Origin: Heptranchias perlo
Taxonomy: Eukaryota
Assembly: GCF_035084215.1 (NCBI RefSeq)
Contig: NW_027139247.1
Coordinates: forward strand, 310,001 to 374,000
Direction: 5' to 3'
DNA: 64,000 bases
The position numbers were made by a program, and so were the translations under genes. The notes under the pieces are model-generated. The model saw only the letters and a program-made list of their open reading frames with translations, had not been told where the DNA came from and ran no database searches. Positions 14,146 to 27,900 of this stretch are shown piece by piece; within the stretch, counting starts at the first letter, position 1, and every line of letters starts with the position of its first letter.

Positions 14146-17100
14146 GTAAGCTTTTTACATTCAGTCAATATTTAGATTTAACAGTGCTTCACTGTATCAC
14201 TGCTCCTGCTGTCGGTGTAATAATATTATGTGTTTATCTGTTTATTTTGAAGTGTATGATTTGCAGACACTGGCATCAAAGCAATTAAATTAATTGATCC
14301 AAGTTTTAGTCATATTGTTAATGTAACAACCTGAAAAGAATCACAATTTACTGACTTTTTTTTAAATTCAGCAATTTAGTGGGGATATCTTCTCTTTTGT
14401 AGACGGTCTTGCAGTTTTGTGTCTGAGTCAAGGATTGGTATGGAATCGGGCGAACAAACCAACAATTTTTAAGGGGCCGCTGGAGGCTGTTCAAAAAAAG
14501 CATAGGACATTTTCCCTTTTTATATTTGTTAGCACAGGAGAAACAGGAGAGATCCGCCCGGGCGCACAAAAGAAATCTGGGCCAGTGTTCGAGTATTGGA
14601 GCCCACTGGGGCTGTATCCCGTCCCCATTTGGCCAGATCAGCATCGGAGCCGGCTGATTCCCCGCTCTTCTGGCGCCTGCAGCCAGCCAGCAGCATTTAA
14701 ACAAGGCTGGAAACCGAGCCTCAGGGGCTGACATTGGTCTTCCCCAGTAGCGCGAAGCGGGCTCCGGGCGATCGAGCAGCTCATTTTACACCCAGTCTGA
14801 TGGTCCTTTCCATTGAAGACAGTGGAAGCGAAAATCGGGCGCAGTTTCAAGCGGGCTGTCGATTCGTTATGTGCTCGTTTCGCGCTACTGAAAAAGAGCA
14901 ATTTCACCCCTTACATCTGACACACCCTGGTGGAGCGGAGAGAGGAATAGATGGTGGGCAGGGTTTCAATGGAAAGTAAATTTGGGTAAAATGGGCTGCC
15001 GATTTGCAATCACCAGTTTGACGCGACTCTGCGATACCAATTTCACCCAGGTGGTCACTAATTATCCGAATTGCGACTGAAGCAGTTTTTGTCACTGCTA
15101 CTGGATATGGGAAACAGTGGGGGTTATGTGTTGGTGCCGGGCGAGGTCATTGACCGCTGGCAACTAGTCGGAAATGTTGTGCGTATAGTGTAATCCTGAA
15201 GGGCACGATTCTGAAACTGTGCGATTTAGTATGTTGTATTAAGCTGCAGCCAGTTAGTGTTGTGAGCCCGCAAAGCAAAGTGAAACAAGTGATGCTAAAG
15301 CGAGTCCAACTATTGCTGTGCTGTTGTAATTCTAAATCCAAGTTGTTGTACTTGGTGATTTCTCCGGTAAATATGGGATAGATTTTAGTCTTTACATCCG
15401 GGGTGTTCGGCATCACTTGGGTCAAACACAAAAAAAGGAAATTCCTCCGGGGAGGATGACACTTCCTTAAAAAAACAGCAGATTGTCTTCCATTACTTTC
15501 AATGGAAGGAAAATCCGGCGGGTTGACCGTCAGATTTTCATTTTTATATAGGGGTAGAAATTGGTCTCAGGCGGTAGCGGGAAACGGGCGGTCTGATGTC
15601 TGCTTCCCGTTCTACTCCCTGTCTGAAATTCAGCTTCACTGAGAGTGCATAACACCCGTACCATGAAACACCGCCCATTTCAGGCTACTGCCCAAGATTT
15701 CTCCCCCACAGAATCGGGCGATGTTTAATGTCCAGGTGATTGAGATTACAATCTGTCCCAAGTTTCCTTTGCATGGTAGAAATAGAGTGAGAGCATTAGA
15801 ATTTCCGCTGGTTCTTCTCCCGATTTCGCGCTACCACCTGGAAATCCGGGAATAACGGTGCAACCGGGTGAAGTTACCACAGGAATAAAAACAGAAAAAT
15901 GCTGGAAACACTCAGCAGGTCAGGCAGCGTCTGTGGAGAAAGAAACAGAGTTAACGTTTCAGGTCAATGATTTTTCATCGCAACTGGAACAAATGAAAGA
16001 CAAACCTTTACCAGAAACATTTCTGATATATATCCAAAATTCCTTCTGCCCATGCTCAGACCCGTGGTAACTCCGGCCATTTAACTGGTTGCTTTGATCT
16101 AAGCATTTCCGGTGTTACTTTGCCGGGGCACAATCCAAAATGAAGTGTTTGCTGTTATGTTGTTCACTTGTAACAATGTGTCGCTGAAAAATCTTACTTT
16201 GCTGGTTATTTGCTGATGAAGAGCACGGGAAGATCACCTGGTAATAGTTTTCATCTGCTTCCAGAAAACCAAAAGATGGAATATTCCAGTCGGAATCGTG
16301 TTATCACACTGAAACCTACGTTACATGATTATTGGGGATATTTGTAATGAGGATACACTGGGGTACATTTTAAGCCTGATGCTTGGCTTAAAACTGGCAT
16401 TGGGTTTCGGCCGCCTGCCATAGGTGGGCTAACGGATACGCAACGCCAGTTTTATATCAAGACGGACAGTTGGAAACCTACCCCACGATTTTTATGGAGG
16501 AATAGAGGTGAGCAAGTTAACCGCCCATTCTGCACCCAACCCGAAATTCCTTTCTGTTAAAGTCAATGGAAATGAAAATGGGGCGGATTCTATGACGGGC
16601 ACCGGTCAGAAAAGGCCAATTTTGGTCGGGTGAAAAATCCTCCCGCGTATTTCAGTCCATCAATTTTTTAATCTTTTGAAGTAACTCACAAAATAAGTTA
16701 GTGACGTATGTCCATAGAGAAATGTATCTTTTCAGAATGCCTTAGTTTATCGGATAGAGTGGGAGAAAGAGAAAGAGATTTGAGCAGCAAGAAAAAAAAA
16801 ATCCCTGTATTTTCAGACAAAGAACTGATCTTCCTCTCAATATAAGGAAAGTTAGTAATTCAATTTCCTCCTTTTTGCAGCTAATTTGGTGACAGTTGTG
16901 ATTCTCTCCCGCAGAAGTTGCGGCCTCTCCAATTGCATCACCCGTTACCTGGTGGCCATGGCAGTGGCGGATCTAATGATCCTGATATTTGAAGTGATCT
17001 TTTATGAGCTTCAAGATGCTTATTTCCCATATTCATTCCTGAACTACACTCCAATTTGTAGTTTCAATATCGCTATGCTTTTTGTTTCCATTGATTGTTC

Positions 17101-17794
17101 TGTCTGGTTAACTGTCGCTTTCACCTTTGATCGATTTATGTCTATTTGTTGTCAAAAGTTGCGAACAAAATATTTCACTGAAAAAACCGTGTATGTAGTT
17201 ATAACAGTGGTGAGTTCCTTAAGCTTATTAGAAAATATTCCAATGTACTTTATATTTAAACCTCGGGAAATAATTGACAATGTACCATGGTCCTGCTTTG
17301 TAAAATCAAGCTTCTATACCTTACCCATATGGGTAGCATATTTGTGGATAGAAACAATTTTAACTCCATTTGTTCCATTTGTGTTGATTTTACTGCTCAA
17401 TGCTGTGACCATCAAGCACATTGTACTGGCCAATAGATTGAGGAAGGGTCTCCGTGGAAACAGCAATAGTGAGAATCACAATGATCCAGAGATGGAGAAC
17501 CGAAGGAAATCCATCATTTTACTGCTCGCCATATCTGGCAGTTTTATACTTTTATGGATGCTAATTTTCATAAATTTCATAGTTGTGCAATTTACAGATA
17601 TGCAATTTTTAGAAACAAATTACAATGACCCTTTCACCATTATGGAAAAATTTGGGTACATGCTCAGGTCTTTGAGTACTTGCACTAACACGTTTATTTA
17701 TGCAGTGTCCCAGAGTAAATTCAGAGAGGAATTGAAGAATGCAATAAAGAGTCCTCTGACTCTCATTACTAATTTAATCAAACAATTTAAATGA
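14076..17794 (+). CDS. GPR139/GPR142-like class A GPCR, two coding exons join(14076..14145,16881..17794), 327 aa
   Basis: Spliced product MGLPVIIQIENIYYPILAIIGVPANLVTVVILSRR...; phase-1 GT-AG intron; 984 nt in frame. Seven hydrophobic helices with AVADL (TM2), PICS, SVWLTVAFTFDRF (TM3), PFVPF (TM5) and TCTNTFIYAVSQSKFREEL (TM7/H8). Confidence 0.92.
14724..14910. mobile_element. Palindromic MITE (PIF/Harbinger-like)
   Basis: GGGGCTGACATTGGTCTT..CAGTAGCGCGAAGCGGGC is inverted to GCTCGTTTCGCGCTACTG..AAGAGCAATTTCACCCC; central ccattgaagacagtgg; flanks TCA/TTA. Confidence 0.8.
15551..15707. mobile_element. Palindromic MITE
   Basis: GGGGTAGAAATTGGTC...GATTTCTCCCCC termini with internal inverted arms. 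Confidence 0.65.
15883..15990 (-). mobile_element. Penelope-like terminal-repeat fragment with decayed minimal hammerhead core
   Basis: Minus strand reads gcgatga-aaaatcattgacct-gaaacgttaactctgtttctttctccacagacgctgcctgacctgctgagtgtttccagcattttt. This matches my recollection of the fish/shark Penelope repeat with core CTGATGA..GAAAC. Confidence 0.65.
16360..16645. mobile_element. Two adjacent palindromic MITE copies
   Basis: GGGGTACATTTTAA...TTGGAAACCTACCCC (16360-16484), then a copy centred on gttaaagtcaatggaaatgaaaat. Confidence 0.6.
16881..17794 (+). CDS. GPR139-like GPCR coding exon 2 (TM1-TM7 and tail)
   Basis: Acceptor tttcctcctttttgcag|CT; open to TGA at 17792-17794 (ORF 16886..17794). 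Confidence 0.94.
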
Positions 17795-18294
17795 CTTCAC
17801 AGAACTAAAGTGCAATTACATTGATCGGAACCTAACAGAAGTTGTTCAATTGAGATGTGGAAACAGGAAATTCCAATCGCAGTGGGGGCTGCAATCTGGT
17901 CCCCATATTAGACATCATATTGTATGAGATCAAAGATGCTTCGGGTAATATTAACTTTTGCCGATAGTGTAAGGCAGGCATTATCGGATCGCGACAAACA
18001 CATAACAATTTTTCAGAACTGAATTAAATCAACTCGACAAACATATCTGTTCCTTTTGACTGATCTAAACCCAACATCTGTTTCCCGAGCATATCCTTCA
18101 ACACATCCACCCGTCAGAAACACATGCATCTGTTGAAACTGCTAGCTATTCCCTTCATCTTGTAAATTATCCAACGTGTGTTTGATCCTTTCAGTGAAAA
18201 GATCCTGCCTGATCTGCCATTTTGCTCCCAAGTTGCGAATTTACAACTTGTGACATGAAATTTGAAATGTTCACCACATGGAATAATTTGGTTG

Positions 18295-18300
18295 AATAAA
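18295..18300 (+). terminator. Candidate polyadenylation signal of the GPCR gene
   Basis: First AATAAA I found after the stop, about 500 nt downstream. A second one is at 18678-18683. Confidence 0.3.
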
Positions 18301-19004
18301 CTTGCTGATCACCTTCATGGTTTTGGACAATCCAGTTGGGTCGCTCCAAGTCTGCTCTTTTTCAAGGAACAGCCAGCTGCCTTCAAGTTTTCTGGAAACG
18401 TCAATTGATGACCACCTAGAATCGTGTCTGTTGCTGGACTAAGACTGTAAACCTACCATGGGAGTAATGGCTGATATTTCTTCATCCACTTGTCCAATTT
18501 AGTCTTGGAATGTTGATATAGATTCGACCTCAACCATTAACCCTGCAAGTGAATTCCACAGCCTCACAACCATTTGTGCAAAGAGCTTTCTGTTGCCCTG
18601 GACCTATTTCTGTTGTTCCCTAATGATATACAAATTTAACAGTAATCTATGTACTAGAGCATTAAAAGCAGACCATTAATAAACTGTTGCAATAATAATT
18701 GAATAGGGCATTTTGGTACTCCATGTTACATCGCATTGCGGTGGATTATCAATTTGCTGCCCATGCGTAAAACTCTCGCTGTGGCTCAAACCCGCCTTGT
18801 AGAAACAGCTTGATTTTCATCTCCACTGATTTCAATGCAAATAATAATTGGTTGGTTTCGATGAAAGGCGGCCGATCCACAAAGTTATTTTACCTGGGAG
18901 CAGAAAGTTGAAAATCGAACCGTAAGCCTGCCCATCATTACCTATGTCGTCACATACACTGACAACTCGGGATTAATTTGATTTACCTGAGCTGACCCTA
19001 CGCT

Positions 19005-19932
19005 GTAAGGGGCATGATTAAGAAGTTTGCGGATGATACAAAAATTGGCCATGTGGCTGATAGTGAGGAGGAAAGTTGCAGATTGTGGGAAGATATCAAT
19101 GGATTGGTCAGGTGGGCAGAAAAGTGGCAAATGGAATTCAATCCAGAGAAATGTGAGGTAATGCATTTGGGGAGGGCAAACAAGGCAAGGGAACACACAA
19201 TAAATGGGAGGATACAGAGAGGGGTAGAAGAAGAGAGGGACCTTGGAGCGCATGTCCACAGATGGTTGAAGGTAGCAGGATAGCTGGATAAGTGGTTAAG
19301 AAGGCATATGGGATACTTTCATTTATTAACCGAGGCATAGAACGTAAGAGCAGGGAGGTTATGCTAGAACTGTATAAAACATTGGTTAGGCCACAGCTTG
19401 AGTACTGCATACATTTCTGGTCACCACATTACAGGAAAGATGTGATTGCACTAGAGATGGTACAGAAGACATTTATGAGGATGTTGCCAGGACTGGAGAA
19501 TTTTAGCTATAAGGAAAGATTGGATAGGCTGGGGCTGTTTTCTTTGGAGCAGAGGAGGTTGAGGGGTGATTTAATTAAGATGTATAAAATTATGAGCAGC
19601 CTGGATAGATTGGTTAGGAAGGGCCTATTTCCCTTAGCAGAGAGGTCAGTAACCAGGGGACGTAGGTTGAAAGTAGTTGGTAGAGGGGTTAAAGGGGAGC
19701 AGAGGAAAAAAGTTTCACCCTGCCGGTGGTGGGGTCTGGAATCATTACCTGAAAGGGTGGTAGATGTAGAAACCATCATCACATCTAAAGAACACTTGGA
19801 TATGCACTTGAAGTGCCGTGGCCTACAAGGCTACGGACCAAGTGCTGGAAAGTGGGATTAATCTGGTAGCTCTTTTTCGACCGGCACAGACACGATGGGC
19901 TGAATGGCCTCCTTCTGTGCCGTAATTTTTTC
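19005..19932 (+). mobile_element. CR1 LINE 3' fragment
   Basis: ORFs 19014..19283 (KFADDTK) and 19292..19861; CR1 3' UTR. Confidence 0.92.
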
Positions 19933-21054
19933 TCAGGGTATCGGGAGGGAGCTGCTTCTATCCGACTGTACTGGGTTTTGTCACTGGCAAGCTGCCTTTT
20001 CACTTCTCGTTTATTGAAACATGAGTTGCATAACATAGTCTGTAAAAGGCACAGCTTCCAGTGGTGAAATGTTTACAATCATGGCCTATCACTGATTAAC
20101 TATGGGTTAATACATAGGACATGTGTCAATGTGAGATTTTTTTTGTGGAAAAGAAGAGGTTTTTTTTAACCCATTATCAGTGTTAAGCGGGCCCAGATCA
20201 GGTCAGGTAAAGAGTAAAGCTTCCCTCCTTCTCCATTTGACCATGAGTCACCTCCTTTCATTCTCCGACTGCTGCTCACCATTCATTGCTGCTCTTGCAG
20301 ATCACAAAGACATACTTGTATATATAAAAAAACCACAGGGAGGCCATTCAGCCTCTCTAGCTCATCCATGCTCAGACTCTCCCATGTCTAACTGCCGCTA
20401 TAGAATGATGACTTTGTCTCCATTCCCCCACCCAGAGACCAGTCCAATAATCACTTTTCACCCGTGGTCCTGTAGTGATGGTATAGCTTGAATCACCTCG
20501 GGGCCTCTTGCTCTATTAAAGGTGCCTGACCTGCTGCAGCATCCAGTTCCCCTGAGTGAATGAATTGAATAGTTCTCGGCCATTGTCAGGACAAGACTTT
20601 AAATGAATATGTTGCAGGAGGCAGGAGGTAATTCCAGAAGTTATGCTATGGAGTTTAATATTCCTGGCAGCAATGGAATTAATTAATTTAAACAGGGAGA
20701 ACTGGAGGTTTGGTAAACCAGTTCTGGTTCAAACTTCAAGATCCTGTCAGCTGCTTAGTGAGATACTGCAGCTGGTTAATGTATTGGAGGATGGAATTTG
20801 TCACCTTGAGAGGGGAAGATCGTTGTGCTGGGGATTTGAGGACGCGGATGATAGCTCACCAAGGACCCTGGGCCTTAGACTGGGCAGTGTACCTTGTGAC
20901 AATATGCTGGGACACTGCACCTTCTCTGAGATATGGTGCTGTTGGAGAGGTTTAATGGGCAGGATTGCATCCTGGGCTGGGCTGGGCTGGCTGTGCTCAG
21001 TCACATTGCTGCACTCTTTACTTGTATATGTAGGGGGCCTATCCGTGGCATTGA

Positions 21055-21430
21055 CTCGGCCGCCAATGGTGGGGCAAAGGAAGTGGGGGTGTGGGGGGAA
21101 ATAGCCCAGAATTGGTGGAGCGCAGAGATCTCGGAGGGTTGTAGGGCTGGAGGAGGTTACAGAGATAGGGAGGGCCGAGGCCATGGAGGGATTTGAATAG
21201 GTCAGCAAGCATGGGGGCAATAGGTCAACGGGACTTGGTGAGAGTTAGGATGCGGGCAGCAGGGTTTTGGATTAGCTCAAGTTTACGGAGGGTGCAGGTG
21301 GGATGCCAGCCAGGGGAGCATTGGAATAGTCAGGTCTAGAGGAAACAAAGACATGAATGAGGGTTTCTACAGCAGATGGGATGAGGCGGGGCGGAGACGG
21401 GCAATGTTACGGAGGTGGAAGTAGGCTATC
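21055..21430 (-). mobile_element. L2 LINE fragment
   Basis: Minus strand gives AYFHLRNIARLRP and a ctagacctgactattccaatgctc (SRLDYSNA-like) segment, homologous to 58490-59803. Confidence 0.7.
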
Positions 21431-21749
21431 GAGATTGATTCAATACAATGACTGAAAGGAAATATTGAATGATAATGTGCTGGTGCGTTACGGGATATTT
21501 GACCATGATGTACTAAACCATGTTGAGCCACAGACATTCTTTGTAAATTCAACAGTAATTTTCTCTTTGAGCTCTCCTGTGGAAACTTAATGTGAGACAG
21601 AAAATCGAAGGATCAAAGGATGTGACTTGTTAAAGTCAATAAACCTGGCAAAGATGCGAGACCAGAACACCGAGTGTGATGGGCCTGCAGATCATCAAAG
21701 CGCATATGGCTGATTAAAACCACCTCGGATGCAGGATATGCTGCTTTGT

Positions 21750-22841
21750 TCTGGCTAAGGGACAGGAATCAGAGAGTAGTGGTGAACGGTTGTTTTTTGG
21801 ACTGGAGGGAGGTGTACAGTGGTGTTCCCCAGGGTCGGTACTCGGACCACTGCTTTTCTTGATATATATTAATGACTTGGACTTGGGTGTACAGGGCACA
21901 ATTTCAAAATTTACAGATGACACAAAACTTGGAAGGGTAGTAAACAGTGAGGAGGATAGTGATAGACTTTAAGAGGATATAGACAGGCTGGTGGAACGGG
22001 TGGACACGTAGCAGTTGAAATTTGACACAGAAAAATGTGAAGTGATACATTTTGGTGGGAAGAATGAGGAGAGGCAATATAAACTAGAGGGCACAATTCA
22101 AAAAGGGGCACAGGAACTGAGAGATCTGGGGGTATATGTGCACAAATCATTGAAGGTGGCAGGGCAGGTTGAGAAAGCGGTTAAAAAAGCATACAGGATC
22201 CTGGGCTTTATAAATAGAGGCATAGAGTACAAAAGTATGGAAGTCATGATGAACCTTTATAAAACACTGGTTCGGCCACAAATGGAGTATTGTGTTCAGT
22301 TCTGGGCACCGCACTTTCGGAAAGATGTGAAGGCCTTAGAGAGAGGGCAGAAGAGATTTGCTAGAATGATACCAGGGATGAGGGACTTTAGTTGCATGGA
22401 TAGACTGGAGAAGCTGGGGTTGTTCTCCTTGGAACAGAGACAGTTGCGAGGAGATTTGATAGAGGTGTTCAAAATCATGAATGGTCTAAACAGAGTAGAT
22501 AGAGAGAAACTGTTCCCATTGGCCGAAGAGTCAAGAAACAGAGGACATAGATTTAAGATGATTGGCAAAAGTTCCAAAGGTGACATGAGGAAAAACTTTG
22601 TCACACAGCGAGTGGTTAGGATCTGGAATGCACTGCCCGAGGGGGTGGTGGAGGCAGATTCAATCATGGCCTTCAAAAGGGAACTGGATAAGCACTTGAA
22701 AGGAAAAAAAGTTACAGGGCTACGGGGATAGGGTTGGGGAGTGGGACTAACTAAATTGCTCTTGCATAGAGCCGGCCTGGACTCAATGGACCAAATGATT
22801 TCCTTCTGTGCTGTAACCTTTCTATGATTCTATGATTCTAT
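21750..22841 (+). mobile_element. CR1 LINE 3' fragment
   Basis: ORFs 21790..21972 and 22015..22731; (TTCTATGA)n tail. Confidence 0.93.
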
Positions 22842-23074
22842 GAACATGTATTTCCAGGTTATAAACTTCTCACATTTAAGTCGTTGAAATAACGTGACTC
22901 TTAAAACATAAGAACGTAGAAACAGTAACAGGCAGGAAAAGACCCTCTGGTCCCTCCAGCCTCTCCCACTCAACTGTGATTCCTTGTGTATCACAATATA
23001 TAGACTCCCCACCCCACCCAAAACCATGTGATCTCCTGGGAGAGCCCAAAAAAAAGTTTAAAACCCAGGCCAAT

Positions 23075-24150
23075 TTAAAAATATTAAGCTGGGAAATTTG
23101 ACGGGTGTTTTTGTGACTGGAAGGCTGTTTCCAGTGGAGTTCCGCAGGGCTCAGTACTAGGTCCCTGGCTTTTTGTGGCATATATCAATGATTTAGACTT
23201 AAATGTAGGGGGCATGATTACGAAGTTTGCAGATGATACAAAAATTGGCCGTGTGGTTGATAGTGAGGAGGAAAGTTGTAGACTGCAGGAAGATTTAAAT
23301 GGACTGGTCAGTTGGGCAGAAAAGTGGCAAATGGAATTCAATCCAGAGAAGTGTGAGGTAATGTAGTTGAGGAGGGCAAACAAGGCAAGGGAATACACAA
23401 TAAATGGGAGGATACTGGGAAGTGTAGAGAAACAGAGGGACCTTGGAGTGCATGTCCACAGATCCCTGAAGGTAGCAGGACAGGTAGATAAGGTGGTTAA
23501 GAAGGCATACGGGATACTTTCCTTTATTAGCCGAGGCATAGAATATAAGAGCAGGGAGGTTATGCTAGAACTGTATAAATTTCTAGTTAGGCCATAGCTA
23601 GAGTACTGCATACAGTTCTGGTCACCACATTACAGGAAAGATGTAATTGCACGAGAGAGCGTACAGAGGAGATTTAGGAGGATGTTGCCAGGACTGGAGA
23701 ATTTTAGCTGCGAGGAAAGATTGGATAGGTTGGGGATGTTTTCTTTGGAACAGAGGAGGCTGAGGGAATATTTAATTGAGGTGTATAAAATTATGAGGGG
23801 CCTATAAATAGTGGATAGGAAGGACCTATTTCTCTTAGCGGAGAAGTCAGTAACCAGGGGGCATAGATTTAAAGTAATTAGTAGAAGGATTAGAGGGGAG
23901 CTGAGGACATTTTTTTCACCCAGAGGGTGGCCGGGGTCTGGAACTCACTGCCTGAAAGGGTGGGAGAGGCAGAAACCCTCAACTCATTTAAAAAGTACCT
24001 GGATGTGCACTTGAAGTGCCGTAACCTACAGGGCTACGGATCAAGAGCTGGAAAGTGGGATTAGGCTGGATAGCTCTTTTTCGGCTGGCACAGACAGGAT
24101 GGGCCGAATGGCCTCCTCCTGTGCCCTAATTTTCTATGATTCTATGATTC
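23075..24150 (+). mobile_element. CR1 LINE 3' fragment (same subfamily as 19005-19932)
   Basis: ORFs 23175..23366, 23367..23597 and 23811..24014; (TTCTATGA)n tail. Confidence 0.92.
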
Positions 24151-24418
24151 CGCTCCAACCCCATTAGGTGATCGAAACTAGTCCAGGAGATCACTCTGGC
24201 CCTGATAAGGACATGCATTACAAAGTGATTGCTCTCCCACTCCTACTCTGCAGACACCATTTGACCACAAGGCTCCGAGCCTGGTCTCCAACAATCTCCA
24301 GTCCAACTCTGTACCAGCAGCCACTTCACGGTGGTTTGTCCAGAGTTCCCATTTCTGTGTCGTTACAGCTGGAACACAAACTGTTCCAATCTTTTTTTTA
24401 AAGTACCAACTGTAACAT

Positions 24419-24510
24419 CCTTTAATTCACTGAGATCTAATCCCATGCCTTTAATTCACTGGGATCTCATCCCACTCCTATAATTCACTGGGATCTGATC
24501 CTATTCCTTT
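24419..24510. repeat. 29-bp tandem repeat, ~3 copies
   Basis: cctttaattcactgRgatctNatcccaNN repeated three times. Confidence 0.8.
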
Positions 24511-24949
24511 AGGCCATGCTGTACTCAGAGGATTGAAATGTATTTAGTGAGCCAATAATGGTTGAATGAAACATCAGCTTCGAAACATGGACGGGCCGAA
24601 TGGGGCAGAATGTGAACCTAATCATCGGGATGCATTGACACAATTTGTCTGGGGAAAATCACTTAAGGCATGACCTCCCTTTTAAAGACATTTGTTTAGC
24701 TGTCATAATTTGGGAGAGCCTCCCACAAGTCTTTCCCCAACCTGCCCGGCTCCAGTGTGCAGCGTTATCTTTTAGCACACCCCAGAACTCAGAGTGTTGA
24801 CACCCAAGGTAACCCAGATCGAAGAAAAGAATCAAAGCAAACATTCCCTGTAAGGCCCAAGAGACAACAAAGTGGGTAGAAAATGCTGTGTTACTTGAAG
24901 AATGAAGAGGAGCTTCCAACGGAGCAGTTTAAAGGGGATCAGTTTACAA

Positions 24950-27900
24950 GGGAGCTGATCTTCATTCAGGTATTTGACACACACTGCAGGGTACTATCCA
25001 AGCAGTACTGAGGACAAGGAGGATGGAAATACTTGTATGGGAACTGAGACTTCAGTGGACCAGGACAGACATGATAAAGTGAGCATTACCTATGGATGTC
25101 TGAGTAGTGATGCCTGGTGGAGATATGAGGGTGACTCCATGGTGCAGGTATGTTTGAGACACAAGTAGTGTGTCCACCATGGTCGGTATCACACTGATGG
25201 TAAACCCGAATCTGATAGGCAATCCATCGTAACATCCAGGCTATCAATCAGAAGCTGGCAGGATCAAGATCCAGATCCTGACGGTTCAGCTTACAGTTTG
25301 GACTGAGCGTCCGTGAATAACACTCTCTTTGATCTATTTGACCTGGGAGCCGAAGTCTGATCACTTGCAGGGCCCGCCCTTCTCACACTGAGTACCAGTT
25401 GGACAATGTCCAACGATGTGTGGAGGAGGTCAGAATGAAAAATAAAGATTCCCTAAAAAAAAAGTAGGATCGTCGTTACTCTTCAAATGACTTGATGAAT
25501 CTTCCATGGGCTTCTGAAGTCAGGTTGGCAGCAATCAACACCGCGGTGTCTGAGAAGCTCGGTTTGTGAGGCCAGTAAAGACTTTACCAGAACCAACTTG
25601 TGCTGCAATTTTCTGTGGCATCCTGGAGATCAGGCAACCCTGAGCAACAGAATATAGAGAAAAAAAGAATAAAAGACTGTCCCAGCCTCCACCCTGACTG
25701 CCTGAGGTCCTCGAGCAGATTGGTGATTGTCCGGTGATGCGAGCAGGTCAATCGATTTGGTTACCCCCAAGTGTTGAAGATATTCTGGACTACCTCAGTT
25801 TGGATCATCCACTCGTCAGACTGGACCATAGAGCAGCAAAGTGTCATCTTGACAGAGGGACCCGGGAGTGGGACTCACCCTGTTTGTAGACATACCGGAC
25901 AATGGTAATATTGTCTGGCTAGAGACAAACTGAGACCCCGCACGGAGTCTGAAAGTGGATAATGTACCGTTTACATCTCGAGCCTGTTCAAATGCCAAGT
26001 GCACTCATCCATGTCCATTGACCAGAAGCCTGAATGTGGCCTCCCACTCAGATGTCGAAGCATTAGCTGAAGTGTCTGTTGGTTGTCGCACCAACCCCTG
26101 GTGAACATGTTCTCCCAGGACCACCAGCTCTATTTCAGACGCTGTGACAAAGGAGACCTGTGGAAACATTACTGGCGAATCAACTGGAGAAATATCCAAT
26201 TAGTTGAGCCTTGTGGAAGACGAAGCTGACTGTGACTATCACTCACTCGCTCTCAGTGTGAATGGTAGAAGATGCTGATGTCACCTGCCAGTATGCCCAT
26301 TAGCAGATGGTTCCTCTGATGGTCAAACCAAACCACGTTGTGAAAACATTTGAGGCTCAAGCTACAAATACAAAGGATATTCAGTACTTCGGGCCTCCTG
26401 GGACCAAGCGATTGATCCACTTCGACATGGAGGTGCTGGAAATGGCCCAGCCATCCAGATCTGTGGTGAGCTATCAAGGCAGGAATCACTGCTTGGGGAG
26501 GTGGAGCTGGACACGGTCTTGAAGGTTACTTGTTGTAATCGGGAATGACGGGCTGGTAAGGTACAAGGACATTGTAGTCCGGCTAAAGCCTTGAAATGGC
26601 TGCTGCCCCTGAAGGGGCCTGTAGATGGGGTGGGCCAAGCTACAAAGTGAGACAGCGTCCCCTTGGGTGGACACACTGGGAATGCCTGAAGGTTCTGCTG
26701 GAGACACTTGAAGCCCTGCAGCAGCTCCTCCACTTGCTCCCCAAAGAAGCCCTCAGCATCAAAGGGCATCTGCAGTTGTTGCTGCTGCAGTCCCTGAAGG
26801 ATCCTCAAAGTACGCAGCCAAGCTAAGTAGCGATGCAACATCCACTGGACAATAAGGGCACCCACACAGCCTGCTGCTATAGCGAAACTCTCTGACAGTG
26901 GCCCTCACTCTGTAGCGGGGATGGCTCCCTCAACTCACCAGCGAGGCATTAACCTGCTGATATGAAAAGCAAGCCCATAGGATTTAATTTAGGCTATACA
27001 GACATGAGGAAACCCTACAGGGTGGTTGACCAGACCCATATGTCCCACCATTTGGATTCTGGTGAGTGGAGCAGGACTAATTTAATGGGTGGGAACTTTC
27101 CTTCTGATGCTTTCACGACTGGAATTTGCCAGCTGGATCAGCGAACTGGAAGATGTGAAGCAGGGTGGTGGAGGCACTATGGACACTTCCTACCTTGGTC
27201 ATAACCGGAGGATTCTTATCAAGTCTGCCCAAACTGCCCTGGACATTCTTAGCATGAATCCAGCAAAGGTTGGTGCCTGTGGGCCTTTGTAAGACGCCAA
27301 TTAAGACTCAACCCTCCAGGTGCAGGAGCTTCTGTAACCGACAGTTTCAGGCTCGAGGTCACCCTTGTGTTGAATATATTAATAAGCCTCAGTGACTGGA
27401 GGTCGTGGTCTGACTCAGGCTCCCAACTCGGCTTACAAAGGTGGGAAGCCTCCGGGCAGCTTCCTCAGGATGAACCGACAGGGAAGATTGAGAGGGAGCC
27501 CTGGGAGCAGGGATAAGGGTGGCTATATCAGTGATGAGCACATGAACACACACGCCGATCAAGTTGAACCCTCGAGACATGAGTCCCTGTCACTCGGGGG
27601 AGGTGTCACTGAGGCACATATAACCTCCCTGGGAGTGAGAACCCTTGGAACCGGGATGTCGCTCAGGAATTGAAGGGAGCGCTGAAGGTGGCTTCACAGT
27701 TGTTGTGGGCGGTGCGAAGTGGGGAAACAGAGATCTGTAAAAAGTGAATGGAGACCTGCGACTGCCCTCACCAAAGCTGAACTCACCCGCAGCATAGGTG
27801 ACCCTGAGAGGGGTCGAGTCCTCCGAGGGTGATGCCCCCAAAGGAGCTGGCGCCAACAGGTTACAAATGTCCCATGGTTGGGTTGGTGTCACCAGACGGC

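Noticed and set aside
22296-23611. Antisense ORFs over CR1 copies (also 19138..19410, 36279..36734, 43924..44208)
   Set aside because: Recurrent shadow frames of CR1 ORF2, not independent genes.
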